From: Tubulanus polymorphus
Taxonomy: Eukaryota > Animalia > Nemertea
Length of the DNA: 64,000 nucleotides
Reading direction: 5' to 3'
Assembly (NCBI RefSeq): GCF_964204645.1
Contig: NC_134029.1
Location: forward strand, 19,400,950-19,464,949
Shown here: positions 51,574 through 64,000 of the stretch, piece by piece
Position numbering within the stretch: position 1 is the first letter of the stretch
How the letters are laid out: every line of letters begins with the position of its first letter
Notes under the pieces: generated by a model
What the model was told of the DNA's origin: nothing
The model's input: the letters and a program-made list of their open reading frames with translations, nothing else
Databases searched by the model: none
Position numbers and translations under genes: made by a program

Positions 51574-51815
51574 TTTTTGATTGCCCACTTCGGTGGTCGG
51601 ATCCAATGTGTTTGGACAAATTCTATAGATACGTAAATTTTGATTGCCCACTTCGGTGGTCGGATCCAATGTGTTTGGACAAATTCTGTAGATACGTATA
51701 TTTTGATTGCCCAATTCGGTGGTCGGATCCAATGCATGTGTTTGGACAAATTCTAGAGATACGTATATTTTGATTGCCCACTTCGGTGGTCGGATCCAAT
51801 GTGTTTGGACAAATT
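51574..51815 (+). repeat. ~62 bp tandem repeat, 4 copies
   Basis: Unit TTTTGATTGCCCACTTCGGTGGTCGGATCCAATGTGTTTGGACAAATTCTRTAGATACGTAWA. Confidence 0.92.
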
Positions 51816-53017
51816 TTGAGGCTACGTTGTGTGGCTGTTCACTTTGTGTGGACTAGAGGATGCGTGCCTTGCAGGACTGTGTGTCCTGTTGCCTACTGTG
51901 TGCGGGGTGTGCCCCGGAGTCCGCTGTGTGTGAGAAAAGATTGGAAGAATCGTTACGTTTAATAAAGAGTGATAATGAATAAGTGGATTTTAGGGCAGGG
52001 AAAACTCAAGCAGAGAAAACTCGAGAGGTCAGGGTTGTTGGTTCTCCATATTCAATGTGTGTTTCGGTATAGTACGTCCCACTATTGTGAGATTTATCGG
52101 TCAGGGAGTTCGCCTATTATTTCAGTTTTCGGATCCGTTCCGGTGATTTTATTTAGCGCATTTTCGTTTCCGTGGGGAGTTTAGTCGCGCTCAACGCCTG
52201 ATTTAGTTTGCTCCATTCGTGCGGGACGTGTGTCTAATACCTTACATTTTGCAGTTTTACGCGAGCACTCAGATCTTAGTATTTTCATATTTCTTGTTTA
52301 AGCAGCTTCGTGTTGCGTTTGCCCTTGTATTCCACGGGTTTTTTGTTGGTCAATTTGTCGGTTACCGTTTTCCGAGGTGGAAATGAAATTGCAAAAGATT
52401 TGGCGTCTAAAACCTGTCGATTGTTTACGCTGGTAATAAAGTTAGGTCGTTGAGCCGTTTCAATGTGTTGTTTATATTGCGACCTGTTTTCAATTCTCTA
52501 GCCGCGGGCCTCTTAGTGTCCGTTGTCATGGCTTCGGTCATGTTGGCTGGGGGGTTGGTTTAGTATACTCCTTTTAGTTGCCTTAGGATACGGTACGATC
52601 TGCTTCGAAGGTGTGGATTCTATTCTCGACGATTGTGGTTACCGTTGGGTAACTATTGGGGGGTTGCTTTTCCTTCCCTCTGGTCATGTGTCTGCGGTTG
52701 ATGATGCTTACAAACCATTGTACGTGTACATTTGAGCGTCTAGGGAGGTTCAGTCCCGTAAGGCTTTCACATATGATCTCAATATTGCTTCTGTGCGATT
52801 GCCGTTTTGATCTAATGTTTAACTCCCCTTTTATGGTTTGGGTTTGGGTTTTGGGATGTTAGTTTTGGGGTTTTATGGCTTGTCTATTCGGAGTGTTTGG
52901 TGCGTCGCTTGGGCAGTACCGGTTTTTCCCCATATCTTATATTTCTGTAGTATGCCCGCACAACAGGGAGTGAGAATATTATACTATGATCACACCTGAC
53001 GATCGTCAGGTGTGTCA

Positions 53018-53172
53018 AACCTGACGATGATCTCTAGGGTGAGATCGAAACGTCGTGTCTTTTATATATTTTTGATTGAATAAATAAATTCTGGTTTTTA
53101 AATTCTTTTAATCTGTAAATAGTGGGATTTTATCTTATTATCCGTTCACCACGTTTGAGTGTGGTTATCGTT
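53018..53172 (+). mobile_element. Penelope-like element terminus with a minimal hammerhead ribozyme motif
   Basis: CTGACGA (53021-53027), stem II GATCTC/GAGATC, GAAA (53047-53050), CGTC. It is a near-perfect reverse complement of 43198-43318. Confidence 0.8.
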
Positions 53173-53930
53173 CTTCTAATGTGATTGGCTGTAGTGTGGG
53201 ATATACGGGAAATTCTAGGAATTTCAGCTTCTCTGATGTAATTGGGAAAGCCCATTGGGAAAGCCTAATGTCAAACCCAAGACAAAATGGCGAACATTTT
53301 ATTCGATTATGTATCGTACGCTTGCTTATTATTTGTTCGTTGACACGAATATAAGCGAGTGGGCTATTCAATTCAGTTGCAATTCTGAACTAGCAAGTAG
53401 TGGGTCTTCCAAGTCGGTATTTATTTAAGAAAAAAATCATAGCCGCTATTCTTTTCATTTCTAGAAAAAAAAGTCCGTATATGTTTGCATTTTTTTTTTG
53501 ACATTTTGTGGATGGAGGTATTCTGACTTGTGAAATTACGGCCAATCTAATACTGCGTATTTTTGACAATATATGCACTAAATGACTTAATGGTGAGCCA
53601 CAGGGCCATTGGACCTTTATAATGGTGATTAAAATCAGGAAATTAGATGGAGGATGAAATAAATTTTGAACTTATACATGTTGGGAGGTAAATAGAGCGA
53701 GGAGATAGAAGAAAAGCAAAAAAAGGAAAAATACAATTGCTTACTGGGATTGAAACCCAATGGTATACGGTAATGTCCCACAATAAAAAAACGAAAAATA
53801 TCGACAGGTTCAAATTTATCTAAAATCCGAATTTTCTGTTTTCGTTTTAAAAACCAAAAAATGATCAGTACAATAAATATTTGAATTGGATAGATGGGAA
53901 ATGTAAACTGTGGCATGCGAGTTTTAGTCA

Positions 53931-53965
53931 GTGCGCAGGCGTAGCATTCCAGTTGCTAATGAGAG
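53931..53965 (+). promoter_or_regulatory. WDR19 proximal promoter motifs: NRF1-like and RFX X-box-like
   Basis: TGCGCAGGCGTA and GTTGCTAATGAGAG lie 60-90 bp upstream of the ATG. X-boxes are established in IFT gene promoters, but the match here is imperfect. Confidence 0.45.
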
Positions 53966-54023
53966 AAAATGCTGTCAAAAATTTAGATTTTTTTCTGAAA
54001 ATAAAGAGTGAACGAAGCCGAAA

Positions 54024-57000
54024 ATGAAGGTATTTTACGAAATATATGAAATTACCGATTATATTGAAATTGCAGCGAAAAATGGAAGCTTTTTGATGCG
54101 TTTTTCACCGTTTAATTACGTGTTAAATATAGAAAAATACCGTTTTCGTTAGTCTGTGTTCAGTCCTTTCGTCGTGTAATTTCTGTGACTAACGTTGTCG
54201 TTATTTTTTCGCAGCGTGTGTTCACAATTCCTGATAAAACCCACGGTTTGGGAGCGATAGTGTACGCCTGGCAGAAAACCCACGGCAACTATTTAGCAAC
54301 AACAGGGTAAGAAAACCAAATGCTGATGAGAAAAAAAGGCTGAATTGAAACTGACTGAAAAAGTGAGATGCATAAGCTTACCCCAACCAAGCCTTCTACT
54401 ACTCTAGCTATTTGTCTATTCTGTGATATTTTTACTTAAAACATCCCTTTTTGGCTCTGTACATTTTTTCAATGATATTCATAAATTACATCACGATGGA
54501 CGCCAACAACCCATCTCTCAATCAGTAAATGTTATTTACGGCTATGCGGAACAGTCCTATACAGACTTCTTTCTGAACTTATTTTTCCTGTCAAATATAG
54601 GTCCGATCATGTGGTTCGTATTTACGATCGTCACGGTGAAATTCACGATGAGATAAGTTTACCTGGGTACGTATTCGCTCAATGCCCCATAACGAACCAT
54701 AAATAGGCTCAGTACATTGAGTGCAAAAGCATTCGATTACTTTTTCTAAGTGGTTTCTAATAGACCCGTCCAAACAATAATTTTGAACTTCAATAATGGA
54801 CATATTTCGAACGCAGAAAATTAGGGTTTAGTGTCGAGAGAGTAAGGGTTTGGGTAAGATAAGGCATTGGGTAAGTAAGGATTAGGCTATGATTAAAGGT
54901 TTAAAACTAGCATTGACTCTCTCTGTTAGTAAAGAGCACTAATCGAAATCGAAAGTTTCGTGGTCATTTCTTGGAATTTTCCTAGTACCGTACATTTGTG
55001 CAAGCACGTTGATTCAGACTGCTGGGTCTATCAGAATAGTCACTTCATCAATCTATTTCCTATAAAACTTCCATTTTAATTTCCATTTATTTCTAATAAA
55101 AGCATCGAAATCGTCCTCGTATATTTTCTAGTATGTGTTCCGGTCTAGGATGGGACAAAGACGGAGACACGTTGGCGATAATCAACGATAAAACCGGGGT
55201 CATATTTCTGTGGAGCGCTAATGCCCGGAAAACAACCCAACTAGACAGTGGATTGAGGTAGGTTGAAATGGTGTGCCATACTTGCCTTAGCTTGCCTTTT
55301 CATGGTTCCCACAGTACTCGCCTTAGCTCTCCTAAAACATGTGTCCCACAGTACTAGAAAATGGGGGGAAACCTTTAATAGGCCTATTTGTAAATTTCAC
55401 TTGTTTGACTTTCCACCAATCTGGGAAATATTTGAGAAATTCATTTAGAACTTCACAGTACATCCTTCACAGCCTATCCTAATGGCAAATAAGCAATTCA
55501 ATTGAAAATCGCCTTTATCAACCGGTCATCACTCAAATGTTGATGTCCCTGTAGTATGATGGTTTTTCGTTTTCACAAAGGTAGCGTTTCTATGGGAAAA
55601 TTAAAAATCACCCATGAAACACTTGTGAATTTTGAATTCATGTTTCTGTGGAAACAATGTTACAACCTACAAGTATGACCTGAATATACGCACCATTTTT
55701 TGTAGGCCTATATCTGATTTTTAAGGAAGTCTATAAATTCTCCTGAAATTACCAGGACATGCCCCTTTCTGCAATGGAGATATTCATAGATGCATGTTAA
55801 GATGTTCTTTTATTTCCACAGGGATTCGTTGACGTACTTAATCTGGTCGAAAGTTGGGCCCCAGCTCGCCATAGGTACAGCTAAGGGCAACCTTCTGATA
55901 TACAATCATCAAACATCCAGGTAATGCAGCACATTTTGTTAATCCAACCTTGCATACATAACTTGAAAAGATAAAGTTATTGCTGGAGATCTTTTTCACA
56001 TATAAAAACATTTTTTTTCTAAATGAAAATTTGGAAAAGGTTACTTCAATGACTTGAACAGAAAACTACACTATACTCCCTTTTTTTCGGTTGTGTTGGG
56101 ACTATGAAAATTCTGTTTCTTGAGTTGAGAATCAGTTTTGCAAATAAATTCTAGTTCAATTCACTGGCCTGAGTGGTTTACCCCACAAGGGATTTTGAAT
56201 CAGGGATTGTATTTTTGAAGAAACAGTAGAATTCATTAAGATAAAAACCCACTATTTACAGATTAAAAGAATTTTAAAACCAAGAATTTATTTATTCAAA
56301 CAATCTAAAATATATAAAATACACGACGTTTCGATCTCACCCTAGAGATCATCGCCAGGTGTCCGTTGATCTGACGATGATCTTTAGGGTGAGATCGAAA
56401 CGTTGTGTATTTTATATAGTTTAGATTGTTCAAATAAATAAATTCTCAGTTTTAAAATTCTTTTAACCCTTTCAGTGCTGACTAATTAATACCCTATAGT
56501 GCTGGAGATAATTTGAAAATTCTAAAAAATTCCACCCTAGTGTGTTGAACAACGGGAATACCACTATAGTGCGTCTACACTGCGGTGCGGTGTATCGTTA
56601 GTTACTAGTATTTCACTATGTTTGACACGTGCTGCCATTTTCCAAGACAGTTAATTACTAATTACATCAATACACCGCAGTGCGGTGTACTAGCAAAATC
56701 TATCACTGATTTATACACCACACTGGGGTGTAGACGCACTGAAAGGGTTAATCTGTAGATAGTGGGTTTTTATCTTATTATCAGTTCACCACGTTTTAGT
56801 GTGGTTATCATTCTAGTAGAATTCATAATAAACAATAAACTAAATTACTTCTCTCCTTTACGCAGGAAAGTTCCTATTCTGGGTAAACACACAAAGAAAA
56901 TCACGTGCGGAGCGTGGAGTATGCAGAATTTGTTGGCCCTCGGAAGCGAGGATCGTACGATTACGATCAGCAACGCGGAAGGCGATACGATACGCACGAC

Positions 57001-60000
57001 GTCGGTTCGAGCCGATCCGATGGAAGTTCAGTTTTCCGAAATGAAAGGGGACGAACGCAGTCAGATGGGCGAAAACACGGTAAGTTCTCCGTTCACCGCG
57101 GCGAGAATAAAGTGCTGCATCCGAACTGAAAAAAAAGGAATTATTTGAAGTTATTCAAATTTTGACCGAACTTTGTAGGATATTTAGAGATGGGGAATTA
57201 TCATTAGTTTCTACACTTTTCTGTTACGTAATTGATAATATAGTAGCTACTGAAGTAAAAATTGTTTTGCACCGTGGAAATTTGTCCTGGTTTGATTGAT
57301 TTCCAAGTAAGGCCTATAATATGGTACGTGTCTGTAATCCATTGATAGAATCGGAGGAATGTTGAAACTCTCCTCCAAGTTAAACATTTATCCGAGTTGA
57401 CATTGAATCCGACACTTTAGTGGAGCCTATTGATGTATATAGAGACTAACTCCCGTGTCCTGTCGCATTGAAGCATTAACAAATTAGGAATTCAATTCCT
57501 GTGTTTCCACCCTACGGTTTTGATTTGTTGGATTTGGAATAGAAATTATAGACGCGCTGTATTTACCTTCTGGGGTCGTTGAAAAATCTTGATATAGAAT
57601 CCTGCTGCTGAAATTGTCTTTTATTTTCATTTGTATGTGGTTGCAGAATTTGATAAAATCGCCAAAAACTGTTAGCACGTATCATTGGCCGGACTACGTG
57701 ACAGTGAAACCTGAACCCGATGATAGCATGGATAATCCTGGTTTCCGTGAAGTGATTAAAAAGTTCATAGTTCCGGCATTTACATTTTTTTGTTATTCGC
57801 CGTTTTGTTCTCGATTCTAGATAGATTTTTGTTATTCATTGATGTTTCGCGTTTAAAAGTTTCAAAATTCTGGCGATTTGCTTGAGATTGTATTTTCAGC
57901 TTTTCATTCCGAGTTCAGTACTGTACGTGTTCACTAATATTGCGATCATACTTTCATCGAATGAGGAACTATACCTGGGAAGATATCAAACGGCTATTTT
58001 CATGGCATAGACTTTTAGATTATGGGATTCCGGCAACTCTCAAATTACAGCGCTTCAATTTCTTCTACGTTTCAATTGGAAGGAATTCAAATAATTTTTC
58101 TCGTTAGTATGTCAATTTTCAGTGAAATCTATACCACACACTGAATGGGAAAGTCAATCTCGCATGGATTCGTACCGGTATTTTGGATTCAAGAATCTAA
58201 AAATGGAGTCCAAATTTCATCGAAAATAAACTGATGTTTGGCTTCTTATAACTGTTGTGCCCCATCTGACATGGTACCCCATCGCTTAGCGAACATAGCT
58301 GTGAACCAGTGATAAGCTATCTTGATAATTGAATACTAAATTGTGTTGCTCGATTTCTTTAGGTGAGTGTCGTGATCGGAAGAAAGACACTGTTTCTATA
58401 CAATATGAACGAACCTGAAAATCCGGTTGAATTGGCATTTCAGCAACGTTACGGCAACATCGTAGCTTATAAATGGTAAAATTCGTTTACAATCGACGAA
58501 AATTGAATCCGCTGTAAGAAAAGCCGCGATCGCACGAGCATTTTTGGTCCGTGCCAAATTAGGCCCGGAACGACCATTCAAACGTGTGTCTGTTTGGTGA
58601 CCAAAAATTTCGGACCAGGCCCGTGCCAAATTAAAGCAAGGGTAAAATTATTGCGTGTGAATTGGAACTGGTTCTGGAAGTTACTCACTTCACTTAGTTT
58701 CAGTACTCTTTAGTATCGAGTGAGTGGTTTACGCTCCCTTACCCTTTCAGTGCTGACTAATCAATACCCTATAGTGCTGGAGATAATTTGAAAATTTTCA
58801 AAAATTCCACCCTAGTGTGCTGAATAACAGGAATACCACTATAGTGCGTCTACACCGCGGTGCAGTGTATCGTTAGTGATTACTATTTCACTATGTTTGA
58901 CAGGTGCTGCCATTTTTCAAGAGATAATTACTAATAACATCAATACACCGCATTGCGGTGTACTAGCAAAATCTATCACTGATTTATACACCGCACTGCG
59001 GTGAAGATGCACTGAAAGGGCTAATCATGCACAGGCCCTGATTCGGATCGGATCTGGGCCAAATCGTCTCTGTGTGATCGTGGCTTAAGATCTGCAGCCA
59101 ATATGCATGTTGTTTAAAACGTGTTTATTTCTAGGTACGGAGATGGTTACATAATGATCGGTTTTTCGCACGGATTTTTCATCGTTATTTCCACGCACAT
59201 GAAGGAGATCGGACAGGAACTGTTCCAAGCTCGAAACCACAAAGACAACTTGACGGGCATCGCGATCTCGTTGTCCCTAAACAAGGCGGCTTCGTGCGGC
59301 GACAACTGGTAAGTATACCGGAGCTGTAGTTTGACAGTTGCGGGCTGGATTTGAACGTCCGACGGTCAGTGAGGATGAGGTGATATTTACTCTAAATTTG
59401 ACCTGTATCCGAGTACTAGTGAGATTGGTAATAGTGTGAATGGTCTTAATCAGTCGGTCTTTCTCAGTTCTTAAGAGTTTGTGATAAAATCCAGGGCTGT
59501 ATTTCATAGATGTGGAAGAAAAAAAGTCGCGGAGAACATTTTGAAATTCGTTAGTTATAACCGTAGTTTCTCATTGTTACTATGTCATCCAGATTGAGGA
59601 TTTACTCCTATGGATAACTTCGGTACTTAGTCTATGAACCCCTGGTCCTGGTGATTGCTTAGTTTCCTAATTTTGGCCTCGCAAGCAACATTATCCCTTG
59701 GCAAAGATTCGATCCTGATAGCATTGAGACTCGGCCAGGGTGATGTCATAGTTAGCGAATCGGATTTCATTCCTCAATGATTAAACAACAGGCAATCTGA
59801 TTGACACTGTCAATTCAGATCAGTGACGATCTGACTGACACTGTCTGGTTGACACTGTTAATTTCTCTTTGACTTGACTTCTTAGATATATGCAAACTGG
59901 GTAGATATATGCAAACTGGGTCTATTCAGTTCAGGGTTTGTCCTGTGGTAGTCTCATTCTCATTTGAATCCTTGCTGAGGGCGGATACCCTAGCAATGGA

Positions 60001-63000
60001 AAAGGATGAATACAAATTTACTGTAAAGTTGCGTACTAAAGTTGAGGTGTTATTTTCGAAGAATTTGTTGGTATCCCTTGAATACATTGACGCAGATACA
60101 TAGATATCTGAGGATCCCTAGAAACTTTCGTTTTGAATATAATCTTCTTTTCGAATATGTTTCAGCATAAAAATCCACGATTTGTCCGAAATGAAGGACA
60201 TGTACGCGATCATCTACCTGGACGACGAACGCAGTCTGGATAAGATATCGTGGACAGATGACGGACAGCTGATGGCTTTATCGACTCAGAAAGGCTCGCT
60301 TCACGTTTACCTCACTAAACTACCAATACTGGGAGCTGCTATACAAACTAGGATCGCTTATCTAACGTCGTTGCTGGAAGTCACCATTCAAGATGATGTT
60401 AACCGGGTATGTTTTACGTTCTTTTGAAATGAATTTGAAAATTTTCGCGAATAAACCCGACAGCCTACAAAATGGATACATTTTTAGCCTAAGAGATTTA
60501 CAGGCGCTTTGGTTGACTGCCCATTTTTCAGTGGACAAGATGCTATTAGGTCACGGTAACTAGTTCTTTCACAGTGGTACGAGTTCAAATTAAACAGCAA
60601 TCAAAACAATTGAACATGAACTTATTCAGGGTTTAGCTGAATCTAAATCGTGACTGTAGAACTGGGTGAAATTCAAATTGTTGGCAGGGGAGATGGAATT
60701 TGTTGTTTGTAGCCTTAAGAATGAAATAGACTCACTCAGGGCGACTACAATTCTGGAAAATGCGGTGAATTGATTTCTCTCATGGAAAAGACGCGGAATT
60801 TGATAAATTTTGATAAATATCTGGAGAACGTAGGGAAATGGCGTTTATGTTGCACTCACGTTTTCCCCGCGAATTGTGTTATGCTCCCGAACTATGTTCT
60901 CCATCTCTGTCAACCGTACATCACAACTCTAAAAACTTCATTTGATGTAGTTATGAATTCCTATGAAAATATATCACCTGAAACTGGAAATATTTACCCG
61001 GCCAGTTTACTACTGGATCATGGTATGAACTTTTTGGTTCATCAGGACACGGGGAAAGTTCTGTTTTTAACTGGGGGAAAACCTGGAGAATTCGTGGAAG
61101 CGGAATTCAATTCGCGCTTTTGTTATTTTCCAGGGAGCATCGACGGTACTGGCTATCGAGGTGGAGCCGTCGTTTATCGGTCTCGGTCCGTATCATCTCG
61201 CGGTCGGCATGAATAACAGAGCCTGGTTCTACATGCTGAGTGAAGGTGGTAAGTAAATACGCTGAAATAAATACTGACTGCTATTAGAATCTGTTTGTCT
61301 GTATTATCTACACAAGAACTGGACTGAACTCAGACCCACGATAAGAGAAAATATAGCTAAAAAGCTTGTCTATAAATTCTGAATTAATTTTGGTCTTCGG
61401 TGATTTGGCTGAAAATGGCTGAAAATGATTCCTTGGTTTACAATATACAAGCTTTATGATGAAAGGCTGCTTTATTGCATATGACTGATAGATCTGAGAA
61501 ATATGTTGCAGGACCAGAGAAGATGAAAGATAGAGAATACCTCGGTACTGTGCAGTCTATTAAACTGAATGCTGATTACGCTGGCGTCAGTTTCGAAGGA
61601 AAAGTTCAACTCCACATGGTAATTATTATAAGTTAATAGGCCTATATCCCGTATCAGCATGCAGCCTTATTCACAAAAGTTTTCTAGCTTAGTTGGTTGC
61701 TATGTAGTTAAACTATAGGTAGTGAGGAACTAAGCTAGAAATGGGCTTTATGAATACAGCTGCTGGTCTCCACTTGGGTCACTTACCAGCCAGCCTTTAA
61801 CTTAAGTCTAGATGGAACTCGTGAAAAAGCTGTCATTATTCGGCAGTTCATGTCGCAATCCGAACCTTGTCCTACTAATACATACTGATAGGTGGCATTC
61901 TCCTGGGGCCTGTTCTTTCGTCATGGCTTGGGCTTAAGAACAGTCTAAAACCATCTTAGTTCGAATATGGAACCGGCCTCTGGTTGACTCCTAAAGTTGA
62001 AAATTTGTAGGTTTGGTAGTGGCAATTTGAATTGAATTGTACGCTTAACGAGGGAAAGGTATATTCGATATGGTTTAGATAATGTTTTGGAAGTGTTCTG
62101 TTGTTGATATTATGAAAATCTATTGTTTCAGATTGAAGGTGAATCGATGGGTACAGATGAGAGCAGAGAGACGAGACTATTCCCTGATGATAGTAGCAGT
62201 GGACGTATCACTTGTCACGACGTCACCCCAGAATTTCTCATTTACGGAACCGATGTAAGTGAACTTACTCGAATAATGACATTGACAGAGCATTTCTTTA
62301 TCAATGCATGATTCAATGAAAAATGAATAAATTGTAACATTTTAAACGTAGAAAATTTCTCTGATTCACTCAGCCAATTTTATGAAATCACTTGGAAAAT
62401 TAGAGAAAACTCAGGACCCAGTTCCACAGTTCTGAGTTAGAGTTAAATCTGAGTTAAAACTAGTTCATTTTCAATTAGTAAACTCTGAGTTAAATCTTAA
62501 CTCAGAACTGTGGAACTGGCTCCTGGGGATTTGTAAATGGGCGGAAAGTGGCCACCCTGCGCAGCCTCTAAAATCCTTGGAAAGAAAACCATGAAGATTT
62601 CTTTGATGAGGTTGCATCGTATAGGCCCATACAGAATTGTACTTTGTTTCTTTTACTTTTAAAGTACGTGTACAACGTACTGAATATTTTGTAAAAACTC
62701 GTTATGAATCGTTTCGGTTTTACAGACGGGAGGTATCCATTACTTCTATATCGAAGACTGGCAGTTCGTGAATGAGTTTCGTCACGTAGTCGGCATCCGC
62801 AAACTGTTTCCCGACCCGAGCGGAACTCGACTCGTGTTCATCGACGATAAAAGCGATGGTTACGTTTACAATCCGGTAAGTCTGGAACACAGCGGGTAGC
62901 AGGTGGTGAAAAATTGGAGAAATGCTCATCAGCGGGTATTGTTACCTGTGTTTTCATGCCTTCCCATTTTTACCGTGGGTGAACTTCGGTTTTCGTAGTT

Positions 63001-63834
63001 AGTCGACTAGTAGTCGGAGCTAGTGATCAAATGCACTTAAGTTTTGTCTAACACCATCTTCGAACGAGATATGAACTACAGCGTCTTCACAGTTTCTTAG
63101 TTCGTTATTTTCAGACTATAGTTCCGACTAACTGATATTCGGTTTCATTTAGTTCGCAAATAGTGTACTAACTCCGATAACCGAAGTTCGCCATGGGTGA
63201 ACTTTGGCAATCACCAGTCATCGACTATTAATGGATGAATTGAAAATAAATGTCAGTTAGTCCGAACTATAGTCCCCGAAGGTATCTCTGAAGTTTGCAC
63301 TCTCTGTAGTTTCCACGTAGTCTAAACATGGCAGACACAAAGTCTAGTGCATAAGAAATTGAAGGATAGAGATTCTTATATTCTATTAACTAGAAAAAAC
63401 CAAAGTTCACCTCCGTGCTAAAGAAGGTGTAACCCTTGGGATAGTTTCAGTGCCCAGTCCTCGGTTGATTATTCTCGTGGACGCGATAATTAAACAATTG
63501 AAAATAGATATTTGTAAACGTAATTCGTTTTTCATGAAATATTTTCTTCTGTTCGGTCGATGTAGGTAAACGACCAGATCATAGAAATCCCTAATTTCTC
63601 CTCGACAACGCACGGCGTTCTGTGGGAAAACTGGCTACCGGATAAGGTAAGAATTATCGTCGGGATTTTCGTCGGAGTGTATGTATTTATGTGTATATTG
63701 CGTGAGAGAAATGTCGTCAAATTTCTGAACGAATTGAAAGGATTCCTGTTCGTAATTATTATTTCAGAGGATATTCATATCGTACGACGACGATACGATC
63801 GTCACGTATTTGTTACATAAAGAATCGTATAAGG
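54024..63834 (+). CDS. WDR19: WD repeat protein 19 / IFT144 (IFT-A complex), first 15 coding exons; the gene continues past the window end
   Basis: Exons 54024-54029 (MK), 54215-54306, 54601-54666, 55132-55257, 55822-55920, 56866-57079, 58363-58475, 59135-59308, 60166-60406, 61134-61248, 61512-61618, 62132-62254, 62726-62875, 63566-63646 and 63768-63834. Peptides: [75 protein letters not shown]. Confidence 0.95.
56236..56812. mobile_element. Hairpin (inverted) pair of Penelope-like termini with two degenerate hammerhead motifs; the right arm is interrupted by a MITE
   Basis: Left arm 56236-56362 is inverted to right arm 56370-56466 plus 56748-56780. Same family as 43198 and 53018. Confidence 0.8.
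56467..56747. mobile_element. piggyBac-type MITE (family A) with a duplicated TTAA
   Basis: TTAA-CCCTTTCAGTGC...GCACTGAAAGGG-TTAA. The empty site (single TTAA) is visible in the homologous repeat at ~53108. Confidence 0.92.
58742..59020. mobile_element. piggyBac-type MITE (family A)
   Basis: CCCTTTCAGTGC...GCACTGAAAGGG, highly similar to 56467-56747. The flanking TTAA is degenerate. Confidence 0.88.
62412..62526. mobile_element. MITE family B copy
   Basis: CAGGACCCAGTTCCACAGTTCTGAGTTA...TAACTCAGAACTGTGGAACTGGCTCCTG. Confidence 0.8.
62973..63198. mobile_element. ~225 bp MITE
   Basis: Inverted termini CCGTGGGTGAACTTCGGTTTTCG / CGATAACCGAAGTTCGCCATGGG, with internal TAGT..ACTA mini-palindromes. 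Confidence 0.6.
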
Positions 63835-64000
63835 GTATGATTGAAAGACAATCGAACAGCCTCGATCGAACGTAGACAGCTGACTGACCTAGCACTTGGC
63901 GGCCCGGTTTAACGAAAGAGTTCATATTCAAATTTATCGGAAACTTTGTCTCGAACCCACGTTCGAATAACAGAAAAGTTATTCAAAACATTGATGAGTT

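Noticed and set aside
51574-51815. Regularly spaced repeats resembling a CRISPR array
   Set aside because: The whole unit repeats with no unique spacers, there are no cas genes, and the context is eukaryotic.
51840-52980. G/T-rich stretch that might be a retroelement body next to the hammerhead terminus
   Set aside because: I found no reverse transcriptase or GIY-YIG motifs by eye, so it is left uncalled.
60770-61133. 148 aa ORF in WDR19 intron 9
   Set aside because: It starts at TTG, overlaps exon 10 in the wrong frame, and has no recognisable domain.

Overview
AT-rich animal genomic DNA with GT-AG introns, probably an invertebrate (the GPCRs and transposon families look lophotrochozoan-like; the species cannot be fixed from this sequence). 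Left to right: (1) the 5' part of DNA polymerase kappa (POLK, minus strand). (2) A near-identical head-to-tail duplication of about 17 kb (2548-19546 and 19547-36257). Each unit carries two intronless rhodopsin-type GPCRs, a 1.3-1.4 kb C/A-rich minisatellite built from 8-9 nt words, a 6-exon CBM20-domain gene, and four copies of a non-coding module with conserved splice sites. (3) A complete RNF14 RBR E3 ligase gene. (4) A 9.7 kb block with a hAT-like remnant, an EF-hand gene and a 1.76 kb foldback element, bracketed by inverted Penelope-type termini that carry minimal hammerhead ribozyme motifs. (5) The first 15 coding exons of WDR19/IFT144. Many MITE/HINE insertions lie in introns. All gene models and sequence comparisons were made by eye; no searches were run.
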